The position numbers were made by a program, and so were the translations under genes. Under the pieces are notes generated by a model. That model ran no database searches and was not told the DNA's origin. It worked only from the letters and a program-made list of their open reading frames with translations. Below, one piece after another: positions 16,095 through 26,200 of a DNA stretch of 27,569 nucleotides. Positions within the stretch are counted from its first letter, which is position 1. Every line of letters begins with the position of its first letter. Source of the DNA: Candidatus Undinarchaeales archaeon (lineage in GTDB: Archaea; SpSt-1190; JASMDC01); NCBI GenBank assembly GCA_030753015.1, contig JASMDC010000045.1:1-27569 (forward strand), read 5' to 3'.

Positions 16095-17573
16095 TCAGGA
16101 GCACTTGGCATCGTATCCCAGACGGTAGGCCATCTCCTCGGCGCCCATGAGGTCCGTGTTCAAGTTGAAGAACCTCTTGCGTGCTATCGGCCGATAGAGC
16201 CGATAGAGGATGCGGATGACCGGGTCCCCGATGAAGTCCAGCTTGTCATCGGTGAACGAGGAGAGCATGTAAAGGCGTCTGAGCAGCGCTGCGCGCTCCG
16301 GCGTCACCCATGGGAATGAGTGGTCGAGACCATCCTGCAGCACCGCATAAGCGTCGTACCGCGCCCATCCCTCCAGCGAGTCGGGAGGGACCAGACCGTG
16401 TCGCTTAGCCTCGGCCAGATAGGTCGAGTTCGGGTAGGGGATCACAGGATTGAGGGCGGTGGTCGAGGCGCGCGGGTTCTCGTCCAAGAGGGTGTGCATG
16501 AGCCGGACGGTGTCAGCAAGCTCTTCCTCGGTCTCGCCCGGGAACGCGGTCATGAAGCAGTACCGTGGATGGAACGAGTAACGGGCGATCCGCCGGTTAA
16601 AGGGGACCACGGTATCGATCCTGAGGCCCTTCCTGATCGAGTCAGCGATCCGTTGGGAGCCGGTCTCCACGCCGATGACGACGTCGGCCATCCCGGCCCG
16701 CGCCACCAAGGCCAGCTCGTCATCGGTGAACCGGGACATACCGGTGACATGGGCCTCTGCCTCCCAGAGGATGTCCAGTCCGCGGTCCACGAAACCCTGA
16801 CAGATATCGAGCATGCGCCGTCGATCGACGAAGGCGTTCTGCTCGGCGAACCACACGAATCCCAGGTTGAACCGCTCCACCGCGGAGGTCACCAGGTCCA
16901 GGGCCCGCGGCGCTGACATGCCGCGCCATCTTCCGTTGCACTCCACGGGCGAGAAGCAGTAGGTGCACTGGTAGGGACAACCACGCGAGGTGCAGAGGCT
17001 TATACAGCGTCGGTTCCTGCGTCGGATGATGTACTTCTCGATGTCCACCAGGTGGAAGGGCGGATCGGGGATATCGTCGAGGTCCGTGTGGGGACGGCGC
17101 GGGTTCACGTGCACCGCGTCACCCTCCGCGTACACGATGCCCTTCACCGAGGACAGGGGCCTACCCGTCTCCAGAGCGTTCACGAGGTCCTCCAAGGTGT
17201 ACTCGCCATCGCCCACGACGGCCACGTCCACCAACGGATGGCTGACGGTGCCTTCAGGATCGAGAGTGGGATGGGGACCACCCCACACGACAGGGATCTC
17301 GGGGTCCTCTTCCTTCACCACCGCTGACGCGGCGAGCGCACCCGTGATCTGGACGCCTGTCATGGCCGTGATGCCCACGCAAGTGGGCCCCGAGCGCACA
17401 GCGGCACGCAGCTCGCCCTCCCAGTCACGGGTGGTGCGCTGGTCGAAGAGGACGACCTGGTGGTCCTGGGCCACCACCGAGGCGGCCGCGAGGAGGGAGA
17501 TGGGGAGCGTGGAGCGGTCGAGCAGCTCGTCGAGCATGGCGATATGCGGCTGGACAAGCACGATGTCGCTCAT
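16095..17573 (-). CDS. Cobalamin-binding-domain radical SAM protein, paralog of 5315-6766
   Basis: MSDIVLVQP, WGGPHPT, GDGEYT, TSRGCPYQCTYC, GVETGS, FPGET and PYP. SD GGAGG before ATG 17573. Confidence 0.93.
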   Translation of the reverse strand: MSDIVLVQPHIAMLDELLDRSTLPISLLAAASVVAQDHQVVLFDQRTTRDWEGELRAAVRSGPTCVGITAMTGVQITGALAASAVVKEEDPEIPVVWGGPHPTLDPEGTVSHPLVDVAVVGDGEYTLEDLVNALETGRPLSSVKGIVYAEGDAVHVNPRRPHTDLDDIPDPPFHLVDIEKYIIRRRNRRCISLCTSRGCPYQCTYCFSPVECNGRWRGMSAPRALDLVTSAVERFNLGFVWFAEQNAFVDRRRMLDICQGFVDRGLDILWEAEAHVTGMSRFTDDELALVARAGMADVVIGVETGSQRIADSIRKGLRIDTVVPFNRRIARYSFHPRYCFMTAFPGETEEELADTVRLMHTLLDENPRASTTALNPVIPYPNSTYLAEAKRHGLVPPDSLEGWARYDAYAVLQDGLDHSFPWVTPERAALLRRLYMLSSFTDDKLDFIGDPVIRILYRLYRPIARKRFFNLNTDLMGAEEMAYRLGYDAKCS

Positions 17574-17618
17574 AGGATCATCCTCCCGCTCCACCTGAGA
17601 TGATGGGTGTTAATATAC

Positions 17619-18131
17619 CTATCGTGGACCCGGGGTTCGGTCCGGGAGCGAAAGCTCCCCGTCGTGGTCCTCGACCCTGCCCTCGCGTACGAGCTCGTCC
17701 ACGAGGGGGGAGAGATGCTCAATATCGAGGTGAACGGCGTCTGCAAGAAGACGTCGGTCAGCCCGGCCTGACAGGGCAAGAGCATGGTGGACGACGTGCT
17801 TCATGGGCTCTGTCCGGCCTGCACGGAGGTCGTCCAGCGCATGTACGAGGGCATCAGCGGGGACGGGGGACACCTCGCCCAGGACGAACCGCTCCTTCCG
17901 ATCGAAGGCCTCGGCCATCTGCCGGTCCCGCTCGCGCAACCGCTTCTCATCGCGACCCATGAAGCCGTTCTCCTTGAGACGCTCGGTGGCACGGTGCACC
18001 GCCTGGAAGGCAAGGTCCTGCGAGGAAGGACTGGGGGAAACTCCCTTTGCTGCATCCTCGAGGTCGACACCTCCGCGCGAGAGCTCGAGCAGAGGAAGCT
18101 TGTGCCTACCCAATCGGATCTTGTCGTCCAT
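17619..18131 (-). CDS. Hypothetical protein with a probable winged-helix domain
   Basis: C-terminal LADAVHLDIEHLSPLVDELVREGRV resembles a wHTH. TATA-like TTTTAATA at ~18156-18163 favours ATG 18131. Confidence 0.65.
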   Translation of the reverse strand: MDDKIRLGRHKLPLLELSRGGVDLEDAAKGVSPSPSSQDLAFQAVHRATERLKENGFMGRDEKRLRERDRQMAEAFDRKERFVLGEVSPVPADALVHALDDLRAGRTEPMKHVVHHALALSGRADRRLLADAVHLDIEHLSPLVDELVREGRVEDHDGELSLPDRTPGPR

Positions 18132-18184
18132 GGTGCGATGGATGAACGCGAGAGTATTAAAAAAGGTTGCCCCGGTCGGAGCGG

Positions 18185-18445
18185 TCACTGGTCATCCATA
18201 GAGCGGCCGAGCCCCTCCACCCAAAGGGATACGGAGTCCTCCATCGTCTCTTGGGCATCCTCTGAGAGCTCCTCCTTCTCGGAGCACAGTGAACTGATGC
18301 GCCCCTTGAGGTTGTCGTCGAGGCAGATGGCCGCGTCCGTGGGTATGTTCAGCTTGAACCTCTGCTTCTTGTGCTGGTGTTTGTGACACTTCTCACCGAC
18401 GGCTTCACCAACGACCCGTTCTACGATACGTGAGTTCTCATCCAT
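18185..18445 (-). CDS. Small hypothetical protein
   Basis: SD-like AGGAG upstream; coding-like composition; contains CHKHQH and two further Cys. Confidence 0.65.
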   Translation of the reverse strand: MDENSRIVERVVGEAVGEKCHKHQHKKQRFKLNIPTDAAICLDDNLKGRISSLCSEKEELSEDAQETMEDSVSLWVEGLGRSMDDQ

Positions 18446-18539
18446 GGTCAATCTCTCTCCTATCGCTCGTACCAGCCATTTCTAGCAGCTGAGCCTGTAT
18501 TTATTGTTTCCCCCTCACGGCTACCGGTCCCGAGGGTCG

Positions 18540-18845
18540 CTACCCGTACCCGAGGCTGAAATAGCCCAGGACGGCCACGATCAAGAGGAAGAGAGCGATG
18601 TTCAGGATCTTACGGGCCGACACCATCAACCCCGAGCTGAAAAAGGATCGAACACGGGCAAATATGCCTCTCGATGCATTCTGCTTTGCATTCTCTCCGG
18701 CCGGTGCCGTTGGTGGTTCCCCGGGAGGCCCGGCCGCTTGCACCGAAGTTCCTGCGGTGAGCTGGTCTGGATCGTACGGACGGATCTCGCCGTAGATAGC
18801 GACCATGTGGCCGCAATGTGGACACTGGCCCAGTCCGCGGAACAC
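18540..18845 (-). CDS. Small protein with a CPHCG knuckle and a C-terminal TM helix
   Basis: GQCPHCGH near the N-terminus; hydrophobic IALFLLIVAVLGYF tail; TATA-like TTTTATA ~26 nt upstream of the GTG. Confidence 0.6.
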   Translation of the reverse strand: MFRGLGQCPHCGHMVAIYGEIRPYDPDQLTAGTSVQAAGPPGEPPTAPAGENAKQNASRGIFARVRSFFSSGLMVSARKILNIALFLLIVAVLGYFSLGYG

Positions 18846-18888
18846 GATGCATCACTTAAGGAACCGATCCTATAAAAACCCACTGGCC

Positions 18889-19356
18889 TCAGTCTCGCAG
18901 GGGCAGGCAAAAGAACAGCTGGTCCTCACCTTTGCCGTAGAAGTCGGGGAGGGTCGCGTCATGGGACAGCCCCATGGCCTTGTAGAAGGCACGTGCCGCT
19001 GTGAAGGGCGCAGTCGAGCTCGTGTCCACGTACAGGCGCCTATTGTTCCCGTCCCTTGCCGCTTCCACCGCTAATTCGAAGAGCTGCTTCCCCAGCCCCC
19101 GACGATGGTGGGCAGGGTCTACTGCGAAGTAGCCGAGCCAGACGATATCGTCGACCTCGTCGTCGCGCATGATCCCTACCAGTCCGATGACCGTGCCGTC
19201 CTCCTCCGCCACCCAGCATCTCCCTCCCTTCGTTCCCTCAAGGATCCCGGAGAGCTCCCGGCGACAGGCACGCCCGTCCTGTGCGTCCATGGTCGTGCGT
19301 ACGATCTTGACGCATCGGTCCAGGTCACCGGCCTCGAAGGAGCGGACCGTGACCAT
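18889..19356 (-). CDS. GNAT family N-acetyltransferase
   Basis: WVAEEDGTVIG, FAVDPAHHRRGLGKQL (motif A) and ARAFYKAMG. Confidence 0.93.
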   Translation of the reverse strand: MVTVRSFEAGDLDRCVKIVRTTMDAQDGRACRRELSGILEGTKGGRCWVAEEDGTVIGLVGIMRDDEVDDIVWLGYFAVDPAHHRRGLGKQLFELAVEAARDGNNRRLYVDTSSTAPFTAARAFYKAMGLSHDATLPDFYGKGEDQLFFCLPLRD

Positions 19357-19357
19357 C

Positions 19358-20596
19358 CTAGCTCACCACGACCGTGAGCTTGTAGGTCCCCCGATAGGCC
19401 GCAGGGTCCTTGTTGCAGTCCACGGCGACGGTCACGTTAACATCGTCCCACGCCCGCCATCGAAGGCTCTCGGTCCGGCCGACACCCTGGCGCGATGATG
19501 TGATCTCCGCGCCGATATCGCTGCGCACCGATACGTCCAGATCCAGGTCGAGTCCGGCGTCCAGCTCAGCGATGAGAACTTGACCACGAAGGAGAGAGAA
19601 GGCATAGTGGTCCTGGGCATCACCGTCGCCCACGAAACCGCTCACTGTCCCTTGCGATCCATCGAGCGCCGTGGCGAGCGTGGCCCCTGCATCCCGACCG
19701 CTCTTGGCGTCATCGGGTGGCGTGACCGCGGTAGTGAGCGTGTAGGTGCCCTGGACACCGGTAATGGCGGGGACCACCATGATGACATAGGGCCCCTTGT
19801 ACCCGACAGCGTACACGATCTCCTCGGGACGTCCCGGTCCCAGTCTGGATTTCCGGAGCTCGGTCCCGTTCTCATCAACGAGCAGGAGGTCAAGGTCGTA
19901 GTCCCCATCGCTCTCCATCCTGGCCGAGAGGGCGTCCCCCGGGCCGAGCGCGAAGGAGTAGGCATCGGCTGCATCATCATCCCCCACGAAACCGGTAAGG
20001 GTACCAGGTCCGGTCTCCTGAGGCGAATCTTCAGGGACATCGTCCCCGGTCCCTGCATCGTCCTGGCGGGTTATGGCGACACTGAGGGTGAAGGGAGCGT
20101 CATCGGCGAGCGGGCTCAATGCGGCCACAACATGTAGCGTCAGGTTCGCGGGTCCACCGACGGCGAACTTTATGGTGTCCATCTGGACCGCACCGTTCCG
20201 AGAGGCCCGTACAATGTCTCCCTGTCTGTCCAGGAGGATGAGGTCGAGGTTCGTCTCGGAGGACAGGGTCGCATCCAGGACATCGCCCGGCACGAGCAGG
20301 ACCGGGACGTCCAGGAACTCCCGCTCAGGTCCAAGGCGACCACGAACGGTGCGCTCGCCGATCCCGATGACGGGCTCGGGCGGTGGTTCGGGTGTCGGTA
20401 CCGTTGCAGCGGTGGCGGGTGACGGCGCCTCCATCCGACCCGGGTCCGCAGGCCTGTCCCGTGGGGGCGGGGTCACGGCCAGCGGGGTGGTCGTCGGGGT
20501 CTCGGCAGGCGTTCCGCTCCGGAAGCATCCGGTGAACAGGAGCAGGACGAGCACGAGAGCAAATACCCGTCCTGACCGGGCCCCGATAACCACCAT
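19358..20596 (-). CDS. Lipoprotein-like surface protein with three pre-peptidase C-terminal (PPC)-type repeats
   Basis: LLLFTGC lipobox-like signal; Pro/Thr linker; repeated DxDLxL, GxYxL and DxYxF motifs. TATA-like TTTATATA at ~20620-20628 favours ATG 20596. Confidence 0.8.
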   Translation of the reverse strand: MVVIGARSGRVFALVLVLLLFTGCFRSGTPAETPTTTPLAVTPPPRDRPADPGRMEAPSPATAATVPTPEPPPEPVIGIGERTVRGRLGPEREFLDVPVLLVPGDVLDATLSSETNLDLILLDRQGDIVRASRNGAVQMDTIKFAVGGPANLTLHVVAALSPLADDAPFTLSVAITRQDDAGTGDDVPEDSPQETGPGTLTGFVGDDDAADAYSFALGPGDALSARMESDGDYDLDLLLVDENGTELRKSRLGPGRPEEIVYAVGYKGPYVIMVVPAITGVQGTYTLTTAVTPPDDAKSGRDAGATLATALDGSQGTVSGFVGDGDAQDHYAFSLLRGQVLIAELDAGLDLDLDVSVRSDIGAEITSSRQGVGRTESLRWRAWDDVNVTVAVDCNKDPAAYRGTYKLTVVVS

Positions 20597-20694
20597 CGGG
20601 CTGGATGTGGCCCGTGTATCTATATAAATCGTTCCTCTGAGGATCCGGCGACGTCGGCGAATAGTATTTAACTCTTCATCACCGGTCTTATACA

Positions 20695-21345
20695 ATGACG
20701 CTTTATGTGGTGCGTTGCGATGTCCTCGCAGGCCTGGAGGAGCAGACGTGGAAGGATATCAAGGCAACCTGCGGTCCCGAACAGGATGGGATCGACTTCA
20801 TCACGATGTCCACCTGTCAGACATCATCGGACATCAACGTCACGCTCCGCAGCGACTCGCCCGAGGCGCTCGCCGTCTTCATCTTGGACTGTCTGTGCCC
20901 GATCGCCGGCGTCACCGATCTCAAGATATTCATGTTGCTCCAGCCCCGTGTGTTCACACCTTTCACCACTCTCGGTTCTGACATGAAGCTGTTCACCCTG
21001 GCCATCGATGCGGACCCGCGGCTGTACAAGGACGTGTATACGGCCATCTGCGAGCTCCCCGACGAGGGCCTGGTCACCAAGACGTTCCTTGCGTACACGT
21101 TCCAATCCTACGATGACGACATCCTCCTCAACTTCGTGGCACCTTCCGTTGACGAGGCCTACAAGTACGTCACTGAGGTGGTCCGCACAATCCCCGGCGT
21201 GAGCGACACGAAGCTCTTCTATCAGGCTCGGGGCGAGTTCCTCGTCCCCAAGGGTACCTGGACAGCGCTCTCGTCCGAGTTCGTTGACTCGGCAGCACCA
21301 GAGGAGGAGATGCCCATGCCCTCCTTCGTAGTCACAGGCCTGTAG
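20695..21345 (+). CDS. Tandem Lrp/AsnC ligand-binding (RAM)-domain protein lacking an HTH
   Basis: Two similar units ending LAVFILDCLCPIAGVTD and AYKYVTEVVRTIPGVSDT, typical of the AsnC C-terminal domain. Confidence 0.7.
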   Translation: MTLYVVRCDVLAGLEEQTWKDIKATCGPEQDGIDFITMSTCQTSSDINVTLRSDSPEALAVFILDCLCPIAGVTDLKIFMLLQPRVFTPFTTLGSDMKLFTLAIDADPRLYKDVYTAICELPDEGLVTKTFLAYTFQSYDDDILLNFVAPSVDEAYKYVTEVVRTIPGVSDTKLFYQARGEFLVPKGTWTALSSEFVDSAAPEEEMPMPSFVVTGL

Positions 21346-21397
21346 GTCCGGCGCCCGCCCATTGGCCTTTTTATTACTTACTCCACTCTGAGCACCC

Positions 21398-22063
21398 ATG
21401 GACGCCGTGGTCGTCAAGGACATCGTGAAGTCCTACGGTGACCGTCGCGCCCTGGACGGTGTCTCCATCAGCGTCAAGGAGGGGGAGACGTTGTGCATCG
21501 TCGGACCCAACGGTGCCGGTAAGAGCACTCTTCTGGAGTCGCTGGCCGGGCTCGTCGCGCCCACCGCGGGAAGCCTTTCTGTCATGGGACGGCCCGTGAA
21601 CGGAAGCGATGCTCAGCTGGCGGGCCAGGTCGGCTTCATGCCGCAGGCACCCAGCGTCCACACCATGCTCACGGTCGAGGAGAACCTCGAACTCTTCGCC
21701 CGACTGAACGGTACGAGCGAGGCCGTGGGATCGACCATCGAGCGTCTCGGGCTCAAGGGAGTGCGCTCTCAGCGGGCGGACACGCTCTCGTTCGGTTATC
21801 TCCAGCTGCTCTCCCTGGGCGTGTCCCTCGTACATGGCCCACGGGTACTGCTCCTGGACGAACCGACGGCAAGCCTCTACCCATCGGTCCGGAAGCGCGT
21901 CTGGGGGATCATCCGCGAGGAGTGCGAGGGCGGTGCTGCGGTACTGTACGCTACGCACACACCCGAGGAGGGGACCGCCGACCGCGGCATCGTGCTCGAG
22001 GATGGGAAGATCGCCTTCGAGGGGGTGATGAAGGATGTCCGCGCGCACGTACTGGGCGACTAG
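21398..22063 (+). CDS. ABC transporter ATP-binding protein (ABC-2/DrrA-like)
   Basis: Walker A GPNGAGKST, Walker B LLLDEPT and H-loop ATH. Confidence 0.95.
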   Translation: MDAVVVKDIVKSYGDRRALDGVSISVKEGETLCIVGPNGAGKSTLLESLAGLVAPTAGSLSVMGRPVNGSDAQLAGQVGFMPQAPSVHTMLTVEENLELFARLNGTSEAVGSTIERLGLKGVRSQRADTLSFGYLQLLSLGVSLVHGPRVLLLDEPTASLYPSVRKRVWGIIREECEGGAAVLYATHTPEEGTADRGIVLEDGKIAFEGVMKDVRAHVLGD

Positions 22064-23225
22064 GTACGGACTTCTGGCCCTGACCAGGGACCGGCCCCTG
22101 CTCTTCCTGGCACTGGTGCTGCCCATCGCCACCATGATGCTGGGCGGGATCGTGTTCTCCCACGGTCTTGCGAACGTGCCCCTGTGCATCACTAACGAGG
22201 ATGTTGGATCGTACGGAGCCAAGCTCGTGACCGAGTTCGACCGCTCGGCCCGTTTCGACATGACCGAGACCGACCGCGCAACGTGCGACGCGATGCTGCG
22301 TGATGGTACCGTGGCCGCCACGGTCGCTGTGGAGGCGAACCACACCGGTCGCCTGTCCGCAGAGGGTAGGGTCGATGCGACGGTAACTGTAGACAACTCC
22401 CTTCCCTTCCTGGGATGGCTCACCATGCTCGAGTGCCGGAAGGTGCTGTACGCCCACCTCCTGGACACGTTCGCCAACGATCCGCCACCGGCCCTCCTCC
22501 ACATGCGTGAGAACGATCCGTTCCTCAGCTGGGTGTACGGGCAGGTGTCCGCCTTCATCACGCCCGAGCGGGTGTACTTCATAATCGGTGCACTGCTGGG
22601 GACACAGGAGCGCCTGGTCCACCTCGATCCCGTGTTCCTGCACTACTACCTGCCCGGCCTCCTAACCATCGCGGTTGTGTTCACTGCAACGACCCTCGCG
22701 TCCATCCTCGTCGTGCGGGACCGCGAGGACGGTAGCCTCACACGGCTCCTGGCAAGCCCCCTCACACCGGGGGAGTACCTGGCGTCGCGCATGGCCGTGG
22801 CCCTTCTCATGTCGCTCGTCCAGATCACTATCATACTTGCAGTGCTCGGCTGGTACCTGGGTAGCAAGCTCTCCCTGCTATCGCTTTTCGCAGTGCTCGC
22901 AGTGCTCGCTCTGGCCTCCTGCGCTCTGGGCATACTCGTGTCCACCATGGCAGGCAACGCCCTCCACGCGCTGGAGGTCGCAGTGCTCATCATAGTAGTC
23001 CAGATCCTCCTTGGCTCCATGGTGTTCCCGAACGTCATCATGCCCGACGCTGTACGCTCGATCGAGCCTCTGCTCCCCGCCACCCACTCCGTCGCCGCCC
23101 TGCGAGAGGTCATCCTCTGGAAGGAGCCTGCGGGCGCACAGGGGCCTATGAGCACGCTCGTGGTCCTGGCAGCGTTGTGGTGGGGGGCCGCCTGGATGCT
23201 GCTGACGTACCGCGAACAGCGCTAG
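22035..23225 (+). CDS. ABC-2 type transporter permease
   Basis: N-terminal TM, extracytoplasmic domain, VRDREDGSLTRLLASPL motif, multiple TMs and LPATHSVAALR. Confidence 0.93.
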   Translation: MSARTYWATRYGLLALTRDRPLLFLALVLPIATMMLGGIVFSHGLANVPLCITNEDVGSYGAKLVTEFDRSARFDMTETDRATCDAMLRDGTVAATVAVEANHTGRLSAEGRVDATVTVDNSLPFLGWLTMLECRKVLYAHLLDTFANDPPPALLHMRENDPFLSWVYGQVSAFITPERVYFIIGALLGTQERLVHLDPVFLHYYLPGLLTIAVVFTATTLASILVVRDREDGSLTRLLASPLTPGEYLASRMAVALLMSLVQITIILAVLGWYLGSKLSLLSLFAVLAVLALASCALGILVSTMAGNALHALEVAVLIIVVQILLGSMVFPNVIMPDAVRSIEPLLPATHSVAALREVILWKEPAGAQGPMSTLVVLAALWWGAAWMLLTYREQR

Positions 23226-26200
23226 AAATCCCACTGGTTGTCGTCGCTCACGTCAGAGTAGTCCATCGCTTGCTGGTTCCATGCGGGCTCCTGCTCGCCC
23301 CATCCCTGGCTCTGCTCTTGTTCGCCCCAGGACTGGCCCTGTCCCTGGTCGCCCCAGCCTGCCTGGGAGGATGCACCCTCCCAGCCACCGCTCTGGGCAT
23401 AGCCTTCTCCAGTGTATCCCTCGCTCCCGCCCTGCTCGTAGTATCCCTCGTACGGATCGGGCTGCAACTCGGTGACCCACCGGCTCGCCAGCACGACGGC
23501 AAGGAGCACGACACCCATGACGACGGAACCGGCTGTAGCGTACAACCTGAGCATGTTCCCGGTCTCGACGTCAGGGAGCGTTCTGATGAGAGAGGCGGAC
23601 TGTTCGACGAGCTGCATCGCCCGTTCAACGTTACCCTCTGCCATCATTCGTTCAGCCTCCTCCAGCAGGCCCTTTGAACGCTCGAACACGACCGCGCTCT
23701 CACCTGAGAGCGAGAGCTTCTCGATGGCGGCGAGCTGGTTGATAGCTACCTCGTGGGCGAGCTCCAGCCGCTTCGTGTCGACCTTCACGGTAGACTCAAC
23801 GGAATAGGGTAGCTTCTCCTTGTCGATCCAAGTGAGTTTGTTCCCCGAGCGCTCATCAGGCTCCGGATCTGGTTCCACCGTATCGAAGGTGGCAATCGCC
23901 GAGTCCTCGAACTTTATCGTCGTTGTGCGCCCGAGGATCGGACCGCTGAGCAGGAATACCTTGTTCGACTCCTCCATGAGGTCCGCCAGCTCAACTGTTG
24001 CCGATAACCTTTGTGCATAGATGGAGAGCGTTCCGGACAGCGGACGTGGTATATGATAGGGAGCTTCCATGTTAACGGCAAGAGTGAGATTGCCGATGAG
24101 GGGATCTATGTTCGCACCCTTAGCGCCGAACTTGAACTCCTGGCCCGATGACCGCGGTCCCGTGGAGAAACTGAGATAGGTCATATCGATTCTGAGAGCG
24201 CTGGTCACGATATCCGAGATCAGTACGCAGCGTGCTGTGCATTCGGTACCGGTAGCGAGCTCAGCTAACATGGATGAGACTCCTGAATCCCGATAGCGTC
24301 GTCGCTGCACCTTGCTCTCTTCGCACGATTTCAGGCAGGACCGACGGAGGGATGCTCCCACGGACGACACGTCATAGTCCACATGCTCGAAGGAGCCGAT
24401 GCCACGGACCTCTACCGTATCGTTCACTATGATGAAGAAGGAGGTGCTCCCCTCACGGAGTATCGGGATGCCGGATGGTGCGTCCGCAAGCTTCATGATG
24501 GGTTCGATCACCTTGTCCAGGTTCTGCGCCTCTAATGTGAGAGAAGCACGAACGGTACCTACCTCCTGTACGGTGTAGAAGTCGAGCTTGAACTCCAGCG
24601 CCTGAAGGGCCGTTGCCAGCTCTTCGCGCACTTCGGCCTTGGCCTCGGACACGAAGATGTCCGGCCAGTTGATAAGGTCCACTTCAATGTACCCATCCTT
24701 GGCGATGTACCGCTCGACCTGGGTGGCCACCCCCTGTCGCAGGAACTGCTTGTTCATGTCCTCGAGCATCATCTCGGCAGGTGCGCCGGGGATCTCAGGG
24801 GAGGCGAGCTCCACGGTCAGGGTTCCCTCCTTTACTTCTAATGCAAGGGTGATATCTGGCATCTCACCCGGGTTCGCGAACGCGGTGGCGCCTGTGATGT
24901 CCACGCTCGACCGGGTGGTCGTAGCGTTCACGTCGAACCAGAACGAAGGGAAAGGGAAGAACATCCGTCGGGCGTATGGATCGTCAGGGATTAGATTGAG
25001 AGAGGCGTTGAACTCGTAGCTCATCCTCTTTCCGTCCGAGCTGTAGAACAGGTCGGCCCTCCCGATCCGCTCCTCCAGGGGTGCCCAGCCATCGGACTCG
25101 ATAGCGAAATCGCTCTGGAGGTCCGCTGTCACGTCGAAGCTGAAGCCCTTGGGTGAGTTGATCGGGCCCGTCATATTGAGCAGCCCCGTGTTGTCCGTGC
25201 GGACGAGCAGGTCACAGGTCTCGATGTATTCTTTCTCGTTACGGGGTGGCCGGCAGTCGTCAGGGCAGTTGTACAGGTCCTCGAACCGGTGGTCACACAG
25301 TCCATCACCGCACTCCTCCCTGCGCATGAGCTCCTTGTCAATGCTCGTTGTTTCTTTCCGCATCCGTCCAGTTGCCGTTGTAGGCCCTGCATCGACACAG
25401 TAGTAACGCTCGCGGTTACAGATCTTGTCCTCATGGCAGTCAGCGTTCGACCTGCAGCAGGTCTTTCCCTGGAGGCAGCACACGGTGCCGCAATTGCTGG
25501 AGAAGCACTCTTCATTTGAGTAGCAACGCTGGCCGTTGGGTCGCTGGACGACCTCCTCTAGCGGTGGGGGCGTAGGTGTGGCAAGACGCTGGAATCCTAT
25601 ACCATTGATTCTATCCAGTGCTTTGAGCATTTCGGAATCTGGACGCGGAGGACCTATCTCGTTCCTGAGGAGCTCAATGACACTTCTAGTTGACGTGATC
25701 CCGTGCGTGATAGCTGCTATCTGATCATCGATCGTGACCATGAACTTGGGTGTCTTGCTGATCCCGGCCTTTTCAGCATCGATGACGAGTCGTGCGACCT
25801 CGAACTCCTTCGATCCGCTCTCAAAACAACGGATGAAGGTGTCCGCATCTGGCACTACCAGAAGTGCTAAATCTGCAATTGCGGCGACATGGTCAATTTC
25901 GATTTTTCCAGCGAGCCCCTGCAGCAATTCGTCGCCCTGACCTTGATCCTTGGCACATAGGTACGCCTCGGTTGCCTTGAGCGAGAGCGGATCAGCGGCA
26001 TCCGGGAGCGGCTTGAACTCGTACGTGATGACGTTCCTGTACATGATGCGTGTGATTCTGATCTCCTTTAGTGTCTCCCCGATACGCAACGGGTCCATGT
26101 ACTCGACGATAGTGACCTTCTTCCCGGGCGGTTGAGGGGTCGGTTTTCCGATGTCGGAGACCTGCGGTGTGGAAGGGGGACGCGTGGGCTCAGGTAAAAG

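Noticed and set aside
18846-18870. Selenocysteine readthrough of the in-frame TGA (18852-18854) upstream of the CPHCG protein
   Set aside because: No in-frame start codon lies between it and the next upstream TAG, the TATA spacing fits GTG 18845, and no SECIS is evident.
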